This document shows, piece after piece, positions 20,376-31,580 of a stretch of 32,000 bases of DNA (within the stretch, counting starts at the first letter, position 1; each line of letters begins with the position of its first letter). The stretch is from Candidatus Saccharimonadota bacterium. Its GTDB lineage: Bacteria; Patescibacteriota; Gracilibacteria; Absconditabacterales; Absconditicoccaceae. Location of the stretch: assembly GCA_000503875.1 (NCBI GenBank), contig CP006913.1, positions 720,001-752,000 on the forward strand, written 5' to 3'. Position numbers and translations under genes: made by a program. The notes beneath the pieces are model-generated. The model had not been told where the DNA came from. It saw only the letters and a list, made by a program, of their open reading frames with translations, and did not search any database.

Positions 20376-20984
20376 ATGATCCTCAAAACCTTCATTACAC
20401 AGTATATCAGTGAAGAAAATGTCGAAGACATTATTTTTCATAGCGGAAGTATTATTATCAAAGATACACTAAGAACAATTTTGCTATTAGCTGTTTTTTA
20501 CTGAATATTCTATATATTAGATTTGTCTATCCAATGGTTGCTATTACCATGGATTTTTTGAGCAATTGGAGCAATTCTATTGATGAAATTTGGTATTGAT
20601 ATATTTAACAAAGGAGTAGATTGTATTGTCTTATCTAAACAATGAATAACTTTTTTTGCCCGAGATGGAGTTTTTAAATATAAAACTGAATTTTTTGGTC
20701 GAGATTCCATAGAAACAATTTCTCATCAACAAAACACCTTTCGAGATAAACTTTTTTTGAGAGGAGATATTAAAATTGTTTTGGATCATGAAATAACATA
20801 CGAGTTTGAACAAGTAACTACACCAAAAAAACAAGTTAAAAAAATAATGAAACTCAAAGATCAATATCTTGCAAAAAAAGAATATGAAGAAGACTCACAA
20901 TCAAATATAGATCATGATCAAATTTGAATTCTTTCCGACGCTCTTTCTGATGTTATCAAAGAATATTTAGAAAAGAAAAAATAA
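20376..20984 (+). CDS. Membrane protein with a bacterial PH (YdbS/YdbT-like, bPH_2) domain, 202 aa
   Basis: Two TM helices, then LSKQGITFFARDGVFKYKTEFFGRDSIETISHQQNTFRDKLFLRGDIKIV, typical of membrane-flanked PH domains. Confidence 0.5.
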
Positions 20985-21007
20985 TTCATTTACTTTACTA
21001 TAAAAAA

Positions 21008-21634
21008 ATGTTTAGCGAATTAATAAGTCCCATAATTGATCGATATATGGCACATGTAAATTATCTAAGTGTTGGACTTCTTATGACCATAGAAAGTTCC
21101 TTTATTCCATTTCCTTCAGAAGTTATAGTTCCTCCTGCTGGATGGAAAGCTGCACAAGGATTACTAAATAGTGGTTGAGTTCTTCTTGCGGCAACTATTG
21201 GGGCTCTAATTTGAGCACTTATCAATTATTATTTAGCTTTACGACTCGGAAGAAAAGTCGTTTATAAACTAGCAAATACACGTCGAGCACACATGCTTTT
21301 GATAGACAAAGAATCTATAGAAAAAGCCGAAAATTATTTTCGCGATCATGGAAAAATATCTACGTTTATTGGACGCTTACTTCCAGCAATTCGTCAATTA
21401 ATTTCACTACCTGCTGGACTGGCAAAAATGGATATAAAATATTTTATTCTTTATACCACTTTAGGAGCGTTATTATGGAATATAATCCTATTTGTGACTG
21501 GATATATACTAGGACAACACCGAGAAAAAGTAAAAGAATATAATCATATTTTCACAAATATCGTCTATGGAGTAATCATTGCTGCGATACTATTTGTAGC
21601 AATACGTTATTTTCTCAAAAAGAAAAAAAAATAA
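21008..21634 (+). CDS. dedA: DedA/SNARE-associated family membrane protein (208 aa)
   Basis: LLMTIESSFIPFPSEVIVPPAG, YFRDHGKISTFIGRLLPAIRQLISLPAGLAKM. Confidence 0.8.
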
Positions 21635-21644
21635 ATTAAAGATC

Positions 21645-22259
21645 TATCTCCCATTGGGGTAATTTTCAGTCAATACCATCTTGAACAGCTTCCAAAATAT
21701 CTTGGAGGTTTGTTTTTTTATATTCATCAAAAGAAGTCTGGTTATTTTTATGAAAATTGGTCTCAACAATCTTTGGGTTAATCAAAAAAACGCGATTCCC
21801 TAACTCCTTTCTAAGAGAGCCAACAAATCCTCTTAATCAAAATTTAGATGCTTGATATCAAGCTCCCCCTGAAAACAAGGTTTTTCCTGCTACGCTTCAA
21901 ATAAAAATAAATTGCGCCTTTTCAGAAACCTTTGGCAAAAGATAGTTCATAAAGACCATATTTGCCCACAAATTGACTTGTAGCATCTCTTTTTCCTGCT
22001 GCAAAGAAATCGATCAAAAATCACCAAAATAGCCAATTCCTGCATTAAAGATAAAAACATTTATGTCCAGTTTGCTAAGTTTTTCCGCAAGAGAGATGAT
22101 TTGCTGATCATCACGTAAATCACATGGGAAAAAAATAATTTCAGGATGCTTCGAGGGGGATCTAGACGCAGTGTAGACCTCACAATTTGCAAGCAAATTG
22201 TTCGCCACATACTCCCCAATTCCACTAGATCCCCCACTGATAAATACCTTTTTTTTCAT
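21645..22259 (-). CDS. Short-chain dehydrogenase/reductase (SDR), 204 aa
   Basis: KKVFISGGSSGIGE (TGxxxGxG-type), IFNAGIG, IGSVAGK, YQASKFGLRGF (YxxxK). Fragment 22014-22259 is extended downstream through 5 UGA codons to TAG 21645-21647. Confidence 0.8.
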
Positions 22260-22345
22260 AGAAAAAATTTTCAGATAAATAATTTAGTTAGTTAATGTGT
22301 ATAAATATATACCAAAAGTTCAATAACAAAAGAATAATATCACAA

Positions 22346-22552
22346 GTGAGCGTTTACATTTTTAGGTAAAGAAAACACATGGAGTCTAATTTGTTTGTGT
22401 TTTCTACCGTTAAGAAAATGTAACAGCTCACGAGGGGTTTTTGGTTACTTCGAACACTCAAAGAGTCTGTACCTTATTGCTTTGAGATGAGAGAAGGATA
22501 CTTGTTAGTGTACTTTTTGACCTGGTAGCAAAAAGTAACATAGAAAGTATCC
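22346..22552 (+). ncRNA. Candidate structured RNA ('element B'): three hairpins upstream of the surface-protein cluster
   Basis: H1 spans 22346-22431, with helices gtgagc/gctcac, ttacatttt/aaaatgtaa and agaaaacaca/tgtgttttct. H3 spans 22457-22486 (ctcaaag/ctttgag). H2 spans 22496-22552 (ggatactt/aagtatcc, tacttttt/aaaaagta). GC content is locally elevated. The strand was assigned only from context. Confidence 0.35.
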
Positions 22553-22694
22553 ATAAGAAAACTTCAGATAAAAAAATCTCTAATAAAATTTGCTTGTGAA
22601 TTTTACCTATTAAAAAAGTAAGAGAAAATTTGCAAAATAAAAAACTCTCATTATAATTACATAGAAGATTTTTACTTCCTATTCAAAAACAAAA

Positions 22695-23261
22695 ATGTTT
22701 AAATCAACAAAAGTCCTATTAGTTGGAGCTTTCCTAACTCTTGTAGCATTCGCTTCAATGACAAAAGCTCAAGTAAGTACCGATGTATACCTAACAATTT
22801 TGGGAGGTAATGTAACAATCGGAACAACAGGAGCATTCGATTTTGGATCATTCCCTGTTGCCTCTACAGACACTAATGTAGAAAAACAATTTACAGGTGC
22901 TGATTATTTCCGAGTAGATGATATGAAAGGTGCTGATTTAGGTTATTATACAACACTTCAAGTAACTGACTTAACTGGAGATAACGGAACTATTCCAGCT
23001 GCAAATATCTCAACAAAAGTTAGTTCGGTAACTACAACAAAAATTAATGGTACAGATAATGCAAACGTTGTTGTTAGTAATACTCTTTTAAATTACACAC
23101 CACTTAACAGTGCAATTACTTTTATCAAAAGAGATACTGCTGCAAATACTGGTAAATTGGGTAGATATGCTGCTTTTCCATTTTTGCAAGTAACTATTCC
23201 TGCATACCAATCAGTTGGTTCATATCATGCAACATTGACCTATACTATTATTGAAAACTAA
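22695..23261 (+). CDS. Small secreted WxL-like surface protein (188 aa)
   Basis: Signal peptide MFKSTKVLLVGAFLTLVAFASMTKA|Q. VDDMKGADLGYYTTLQV and the C-terminal GSYHATLTYTIIEN mirror the two WxL-type motifs with Tyr in place of Trp. It is a clear paralogue of the last ~140 aa of the giant ORF. Zero UGA codons. Confidence 0.6.
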   Translation: MFKSTKVLLVGAFLTLVAFASMTKAQVSTDVYLTILGGNVTIGTTGAFDFGSFPVASTDTNVEKQFTGADYFRVDDMKGADLGYYTTLQVTDLTGDNGTIPAANISTKVSSVTTTKINGTDNANVVVSNTLLNYTPLNSAITFIKRDTAANTGKLGRYAAFPFLQVTIPAYQSVGSYHATLTYTIIEN

Positions 23262-23289
23262 AAAATCTATTCAAAATATTTCTATAAAA

Positions 23290-23312
23290 AAGACGCATAT
23301 GCGTCTTTTTTT
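23290..23312 (+). terminator. Rho-independent terminator
   Basis: aagacgc-atat-gcgtctt followed by a T-run. Confidence 0.8.
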
Positions 23313-23316
23313 AATA

Positions 23317-23344
23317 TTGTCAACTTATTTTTATGGATTATAAC
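23317..23344 (+). promoter_or_regulatory. Putative sigma-70-type promoter for the giant gene
   Basis: TTGTCA, 16-nt spacer, TATAAC. It would place the transcription start downstream of ATG 23333, which favours the ATG at 23450 (or 23402). Confidence 0.3.
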
Positions 23345-23449
23345 ATTACGCAAGTGATTATTATTCTGAATAATTCGAAAAATTGCCATATAAAAAAGCG
23401 TATGTATAATTGTATTGTGTCCTATTTCTGGATTACTCAACCAAAAAAT

Positions 23450-26400
23450 ATGAAAAAAACAACTAACCACATTATGTATCATGCCAAAAAAGTGCTTCAC
23501 CATAGTGGACGCTTGGCAAATAAACATAAACATATACTCTTAGGATATATGCATATTTGTCTCGTTATTATAAGCTTGGGAATATATCATATGGCAACAT
23601 CTATGTATGCACAAGAAAATTGAGAAACAATTATCATGGAAGAAAATATAGCAATCAGTTCAATGTTTGAAGAGACTTCAGAAACAATTAATACAGAAGA
23701 GGTTATTGAAGAAACACCAATTACTGAAACACCAATAGAAGAAATAACATGAGAAGAAGCTGAAAATATTTCATGAAATATTGAAGAAATTACTTGAGTT
23801 AACAATGATGAAATACTTTCTTGAGAAATATTTTCTTGAACAAATACTATTCTTTCATGAGAAACGACAACAGAAATAGATTCATGAACTATCCAAGAAA
23901 ACACTTGAATAATCAACGATGAAATACTTTCTTGAGATGCATTTGAAATATCGTCTTGAAATATAATTAACAAATCAAATACAGAAGACGAACAAGAAAT
24001 ACAAACAGGCACATTACCGATTATCGAAAGTCCATTAGATATAGAAAATTTAGAAGCATGGTTTGATGCAAATCAAACAAACAGTATGATTCTTTCATGA
24101 AATTTAGTCCAAATTTGGAAAGATAAACGTTGATTTTGACACAAAGCTTTTATAAACGAAGAAAACAAATGTCCTCTCTATATATCTGGCGTTGTAAATA
24201 ATCATGCAGCTGTATTTTTCGATAATATCGATGATGGATTAGAAACAAATATTAAATTAAATTCAGAATATACTATGTTTTTGGTATACAACAAAGAAAT
24301 AACTCCATTAGGATTTGCTTCTGCATTGGGAACAAACAAAAACTGGTTTATTGGATTTGAAAATAATAATTTTTTGTTTTTTTCATCAGGAGCAATTAAT
24401 GTGCCAAATTATCGAGAAAATAATATTTTTAAAATAATAAGTGTTGCTTCTAACAATACAGGAACAGCAGTAGCTATAAATAACAAACCAGTAAGCATAG
24501 AACAAACACCGCTTATACCAACAAACAATTTAAGTTTAGGAAAAATTAATGAAGATAATTTTGCTCTATGATGATATATTGCAGAAGTAATTATATACAA
24601 CACTACCCTTTCAGAATATGAAATAACAGAAATAAACAATTATTTAACAAGAAAATATTCTCCTTTTCTATCAAAATGATTGCCTACAAATAATTCAATT
24701 AATGAGGAGTCATTAGAATCAAACACAAATTTAGAAGAAATTACAATTTCAAGTGATAACGAAACAATTCAACCAGGAGAAACAAGCGAAGAAGAAATTA
24801 TAGAACCAATAGAAGAAATAAATGAAATCCAAGAAATAAATAAAAATCAAGAAACAAATGAAAACCAAGAAACAAACGAAGAAGAAATTATAGAACCAAC
24901 GGAAGAGATAAATTCAGATTTCTATTTTTCAAAAGCATTTAAAAAAGACGAACAAGAAGAAACCATAGGACAATTGCAAAAATTTTTAACTCGGTACTGA
25001 ACATACGAAGGAGATGCAACAAGCACTTATGATGAAAAGACAATAGAAGCAGTTTTTCAGTTCCAAACAAAAGAAAATCTCCTCAAAGGACAAGAAAAAA
25101 ACAAAAAAGTTCAATGATATCTTGGTCCATCAACAAGAGCCAGAATAAATAAATTATGGAAAGAATTTATAGACAACATTTCTTCTGAAAAAACAGAAAA
25201 TATAATAAACGAAGAAATTCTTACAGAAAATTCTATTGAAGAAATAGCAGATCCAAAAGAGCATTTTAGAAAAAAATTATTAGAATTTGGATTTTTACAA
25301 GAAAAGAGAAAAGATAAAGACGTATTGATGGGGAAAAAATGATTTTGATTGAGTGAAAGTGAAGGTATAATACAAGTATCAACTGTTATTACCAATGATA
25401 GCGAAAATCCAATTGGTGAAATAACATTTCCAGAAGACACTATTATAAAAACTCAAGAGAATCAAAATTTTACTTGAGAAATCGTATTTTTTGATATAGA
25501 AGAAACAAAACAATTAAAAAATGGTATAGAGAGTATAGAAACGTTCAAGGCCTGAGCAGATGAACCAATTTTCTTAGAAGATGATAATGGAAATGCAAAA
25601 AATGCTACAATCAAAGTAAATATTCCTAGTTCAAATTCAGGAAAAAATATTATTGTACAATATTCTCATGATGGATATACGTGGAATTATTTAGATACAA
25701 TACAACCACAATCTGATGAAAATGGGCTTTTTATAGAATTTCAAACAAATCATTTTACCATATTTTCATTAGGCGTTTGGACAGGTTCTTTTGTTATCAA
25801 CAATGATGATGCAACAACCACAGGACTTAATGTAACATTAAATACTAGTATCGTTTGAGCTACGCATATGAAAGTTGGAAATACTCCAGCTGCCAGAGAC
25901 AGCGCCAGTCGAGTTACTTACAATGCCAGTTATCCACGAACCCTCACTGGCGCTGATGGAGAAAAAACCGTTTACGCAATATTTAGTGGAAATGGATCTC
26001 TAGCTTATATTCAAGATACTATTTATTTTGATACTACTTCTGTACAAGAAGCAACAGGTCTTCAACTCCATCTTGATGGATCATACAATGGAACAACATT
26101 TTACGATCTTTCATCAAATAATTATACAGCAAATAGCATAAATAATGTTTTGACTACAACTCGATGAGGATTACCTACCATGGGTTTCAATGGTTCAAAT
26201 CAATATATCAACATAGTTCAACCTATTGTTACAGCATATCCTTTTACAATTTCTGCATGGGTAAAACCAGATAGAATAACAGGAACACAATGAATCGTTT
26301 TCAAATGAAGAAGTACAGCAAATAATAGATATTTTGGAATAAATTTAAATAATGCTGCATTTGAAATTACAGCGAGAAATACTAATGCAAGAACTGCAAA

Positions 26401-29400
26401 TGCAACAATTGCTGCACAAGTAGGACAACGATATCATGTAGTAGGAATTTTCTCATCAGCAACCAGCAGAACGATTTATGTAAATGGAGTGCAATGAGGA
26501 ACAAGTACCAATAGTGTAACTTTAGATACGACTACCCAACATCGAACAGTTGGAAAATATGCAGGAACTACTACCAACTATTTTTCTGGAGCTATTGACG
26601 AAGTTCGTGTATACAATAAAGTATTAACTTCTGGAGACATCCAAAATCTCTATATTAAAAAACCAAGTTTCGTGACAAAAACCGTTTATACAACAACTCC
26701 GGTACTCGAATGAGCAGTACCAGATGCATATATGACTATAAACATGATCCTCAATGGAAATAATTACTCAGCTACTAATTACCAAAATGGAACACGAAAA
26801 ACAAATATTATCAATCCTAACGTATCTGCAGGAACATATAATGTAACATTAAATTATACCAATATTTACGGAAGAACAGGAACTATTACGTACACAAATG
26901 GTTTAACAGTAAATCCACTCCGATCATTTATTTATACCCCAAATATTCAGACGTTTAACAATGTTACATCTACACTAACTTGATATTCAAATGATTATTT
27001 TATCACAAATAATAACGGATCTCCCGATTATACGTTTACAAGTAACGGACAATTTATTTATAAACTCCAAAGTACAACTGGACTTACTTATGAAACAATC
27101 GCTGCTGTAAATTGGATAAGAAAAGGATCAATCACAGGAACAAATCTGACTTTTTATGAAAATGAAATACTCAACAACGGATCAATACAAAACACAATAA
27201 GCTTTCAATTAACATGAGATACTTTCAATACTAATGTACCAACAAACGGAAGCATAACAATGATTGGTTTACCAGTTTGACTAACACCAAATTATTCTCT
27301 TAGTGGAACACAAACCTTACTTGTAGGATTGTCATGAACAGCCACAAGCCACGCAAACGCCAACGATACAAATAACTTGGAAATCAGATTCGGATCTTGA
27401 GCATTTACTACGTACACAGAAAACGAAATTATCAACAATACAATTACAGGAATCAAAGTTGATTTTTTGGCTCCATATGTAGGGTTACCAATATATCCAA
27501 GTGATGATACTATGATTGATGCCGATACTGATGTAGCAAATGGATGTTGAGATTGAGTATGTCAAGAATACAATTTTGGAGCAATGCAATATTTATGTAC
27601 CTCTGATTTTTGATCAAAAATTCTTCTTAAATTCAATCCGTCTAGTGTACCAACTGGAGCAAAAATCACCTCAGCAAAACTTAGACTTACAAGATATTAT
27701 ATCAATACACAAACTGAAGGTATGTCATTTAGTATTAGACCAATTATCAATAACTTCTCATGGACTGAAGGAACAAGTGCAAACACAAAAGCGTTAGCAG
27801 GAGAAGTTAACTACAAAATGCGTAAACGAGGACAAGAATCTTGGTATAATGGAAATATTGGTATGGTAAATTGAATAGATTATGGAACAACAAATATTGT
27901 TAGTGTTCCATCATTTACATGAACAATAACAAACAATATAACCCAAGAATTTTCATTTAATAGTTATTGATTAACAACAGTTCAAAATTGGTTAGACAAC
28001 CCAAATACAAATCAAGGAATTATGGTATGAGATAGTAATGATTATTGGTTGTGTATACGTTCAAAAGAATATGCCACAGTTGGAGAAAGACCTATGCTTA
28101 CAGTAACGTATGCTATCGATACCGATCGTCCAGAAATATCATCAATTAGTCCATATAACAATGAAACCAATGTTGGATTATCCAATAATTTAATTATAAA
28201 TTTTAATGAAAATATTAGAAAATATACAGGATACAACATTACAATCAAAAGACTTCATGATAACAGTGTCTTTGAAACAATAGATGCAGGAAGCAATAAT
28301 GTAACAATAAACAATGACGTAGTAACCATTAACCATGGAAATATTTTTGAAAATTTCACAGGATATTATGTAGAAATTCAAAGTGGTGCATTCAGAGATG
28401 TTGCAGGAAATAGTTTTACAGGATTTGTAGGATCAACAAACTGGAAGTTTACTACGCTTAACACACAAGTAGTTCCCGTTATCACATGAAACATAGCTAC
28501 AAATATTACACAAAATAGCGCCCAAGTAACAGCAACTATCACTTCAACATGAAGTGCAACCATTACTGAAAGATGATTTTATCGAAGCACAATAAATGGA
28601 TTTAATGATTGAGTAGGAACTAAAGTAAGTGAAACAGGAAATCGGGATACTCTTTGAGATTTTTCTCTAGTATTGACATGACTTCCATCAGGAACACAAA
28701 TTTATTTCAAATGATTTGCAACTAACAGTTATGGATCAAAATTTACCTCACAATCAGGATTCTTAACGCTTCCAGCAAAACCTATTTTGAAACCAGCTAC
28801 CTATATTGATAATGATGGATTTAGAATAAATCGAGAAACGACAACTGGAGCAACAAGTTACAACCTGCGAGTTTCAACTGGCGCTTCTTTTACAACTACC
28901 CTGCCTGAATATAGTGGAAAAGTTATTATAGATACAAAAGAAAATTTAACAGGACTCCAAAAAGAAACACGATATTATTACAAACTGCAAGCAGTAAATA
29001 ATGCTTGAGAAAGTCAGATTTCTGATATTCAATCCACACAAACAACTTGGTTACCATGAGCTCGATCTTGGCTAAAATTCGAAGAGCCATCAGGAAGTAC
29101 TACTTTTGATAGTTCATTAAACAATAACTATGGAATCTTACTTTGAGGAGTAATTATGTATCAAACATGAGTTGATGGAAAAGCATTTCAATTCGACTGA
29201 GTCAATGATGAAGTAAGTATTGTAGACTTTGATCACGGCCCAGATTTGACTATTTCTTTCCGATTCAAAACCAATAGTACCGGAAATAATATGCATCTCT
29301 ATAGTCATGGAGACAGTGCTGCAGTAAATTCTATCAATGTACTATTAAACAATAGTGATCAAACACTCAAGACATTTATCAATGGACAACAAACAATATT

Positions 29401-30373
29401 AAATCTGAATGGAACACTTTATCCAACACTCATCAACAACGAACGACATCTCTATACATTAACAATCGATGATAACTGAGAAGTCGCTGGCAAAAAGAAA
29501 GCAACTGTATATATAGACGGAACAGCAAGAATCAGTAACTCCTCTATCGATGCAGGAACATATAATCCGACGAACAATATCACCCTTGCCAGAAGAAGTG
29601 CAACACAAACAAATACATTTTATAAAGGACTTTTAGATGATGTCCGTATTTACAACAAAACTTTGACCTCTGGCCAGGTATATAATTTATACGCTGCCTT
29701 CGTCGATACAATTCCTCCAACAGCATATATAGAATACTCACCATGATCTGGAACATGCTACAATGGAGATGTTATTGCAACATTGACTGGATATTCAGAA
29801 AACATCACCATCACCAATAATGGATGATCAAATATGTATATATTTACAGAAAACAATACATTTACTTTTACCTTTAGAGATGATGGTTTTAATACAGGAG
29901 AGGTTATTGCAACAGTAGATTGGATTTGTAAAGAACCAGTAAATATTTGATGACCAGCAATGGTAACATGAGCTATAGAAGCTACTAGTGAATATCAAAT
30001 AGTTGAGCAAGAGTTTTCTGATTACTTTTGGATAAATGATCCAATTGGAGCAAATAATTGATATTATACAACCGTATCTATATCAGATCTTTCATGATCA
30101 TATGAAAGCATCAATAAAAACAATGTTTGATTAAAAGCAACTGAAATAACAACCCTTTCATGAACAGTAAATCCTCGTGTTGAAATAAATAGCAATCTTT
30201 TAAATTATCAACCAATTGGAGAACCAATCACTTATATCAAAAGAGATGTTGCAAGCAATTATTGAATAAAAGGAAAATATGGAAATAAACCATGGTTAAA
30301 ATTTGATATTCCTGCTTATGTAACTATTGACGATTATCATGCAACATTTACATATACTCTTTATGAAAATTAG
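23450..30373 (+). CDS. Giant secreted multidomain surface protein (2307 aa)
   Basis: I walked frame 2 codon by codon from 23333 to TAG 30371-30373; it contains only TGA interruptions and no TAA/TAG. Start chosen at MKKTTNH...ILLGYMHICLVIISLGIYHMATSMYA|QE. Three LamG-type domains end in ...G.I.EV.IYN..L, ..IDEVRVYNKVLTSGDI and ..LDDVRIYNKTLTSGQV. A peptidoglycan-binding-like repeat is present (LQKFLTRYGTYEGDATSTYDEKTIEAVFQFQ). Also present are a DNRLRE-like domain (ILLKFNPSSVPTGAKITSAKLRL...ERPMLTVTY), Ig/FN3-like modules and a C-terminal WxL-like domain. Confidence 0.8.
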
Positions 30374-30439
30374 TTTGCATCTGACAAAGATTTTTCTATA
30401 TACTAAGCTAATCAAAGTTTTAACTTTTACAAACAAAAG

Positions 30440-31489
30440 ATGAAAAAATTTTTGGCATTATTATTTTTTTTAGGAGCACTTTTTATAAGTAATACATATG
30501 CCGCTACTATTGGTGATGTTGCTTTAAGATTTTGTAATAATTCTGGATCATTAGAAAAAACAATATCGCTTACAACAAGTGGACAAGAACAAAAAGAAAT
30601 TTGTATGATGCTTATCAATTGATCTTATGAACCAACAGATGTTAGTATAAATTTTGTAGATGGAACAATAACAAACGATGCTGACCAAAAAAAAGCATGT
30701 AAAAACGAATGAGAAAATCAGAATTTTTGACAATATATGACTTTAGAAAATAAAACCATAAGTGTACCAGCCAGAGGAAACACTACATTTACAGGAGTTT
30801 TGGAACTTCCAGAAGAAGCAGCAGGAGAAATACATGGATGCGTAACTTATTTCATAAATAATGAAAAAAATCAGAAAGAAATGTTTACTATTATGGTTCG
30901 TAGGGCAAATTTTATAGATATTTTTGCAAAAGGAATAGTAACTATTTGATTGGAATTTGTCGATATTGAATCACCAACAAAAAGTATTTCAAAAAATCCA
31001 AAACTCGTAAGCTTCTTTGATACCAAAGAAAATAAATTATATATTCAATCTATGTTAAGAAACAAAGGAACTGCTGAGCAATGAATTACCATAAAAGGGG
31101 AAATTAAAAATCGATTTGGCTACAAAAAAACATTTTTTGAAGAGAAAAGGACTATTTTTTCAAAGCAAACATCAAACATAAATAATGTTATAGATGATTT
31201 ACCATTTTATAAAGGACCTTTCACTATAACATATAGCGTAGAACATAGTGCAAATGTATCAGAATGACTAGAAACAGATACAGAAGAAAAAACAGGAATA
31301 TTGGCAGAAACAACAAGCATTTTGATAATAACTCCAGCTACTTATATTAGTGTACTAGTATTTTTACTAATAATTGCTGGGATATCTTTCTTTATTATCA
31401 GAAGAAAGCATAAAAAAACAAAAACAGCTCACACAACAAACCATAAAGGAACAAAAAAACATCATAAAATAGTCGCAGAAACTTCCTAA
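30440..31489 (+). CDS. Membrane-anchored DUF916/WxL-interacting-protein-like surface protein (349 aa)
   Basis: Signal peptide MKKFLALLFFLGALFISNTYA|A, two beta-rich modules (e.g. ISVPARGNTTFTGVLELPEEAAGEIHGCVTYF), a C-terminal TM (ILIITPATYISVLVFLLIIAGISFFII) and a basic tail RRKHKKTK. Fragments 30440-30622, 30737-30949 and 31301-31489 are joined via UGA. Confidence 0.55.
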
Positions 31490-31580
31490 AGAAGTTTAAC
31501 GACGATTTCTATCGCTATAACACAAATCAACTATAACTTTGAAATTACTATAAGACAAATAATTTACTTTTTTTGAAACA

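Noticed and set aside
23333-23449. Upstream ATGs (23333, 23402) as the start of the giant ORF.
   Set aside because: The terminator at 23290-23312 and the putative promoter at 23317-23344 leave little or no room for 23333. The signal-anchor-like sequence begins after ATG 23450. ATG 23402 remains possible.
23587-24012. 141-aa minus-strand ORF rich in Ser/Ile.
   Set aside because: It is an antisense shadow of the acidic, UGA-periodic repeat of the giant gene (TCA on the minus strand corresponds to TGA on the plus strand). It has no start or signal context.
27540-27797. 85-aa frame-0 ORF listed in the track.
   Set aside because: It lies entirely inside the verified continuous frame-2 giant ORF (the DNRLRE-like domain region), and its translation is featureless.
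320-31489. Apparent massive pseudogenisation: most conserved genes are split into 2-10 same-frame fragments in the ORF track.
   Set aside because: All interruptions are TGA and sit on conserved Gly positions. The genes are full length under table 25, so they are not pseudogenes.
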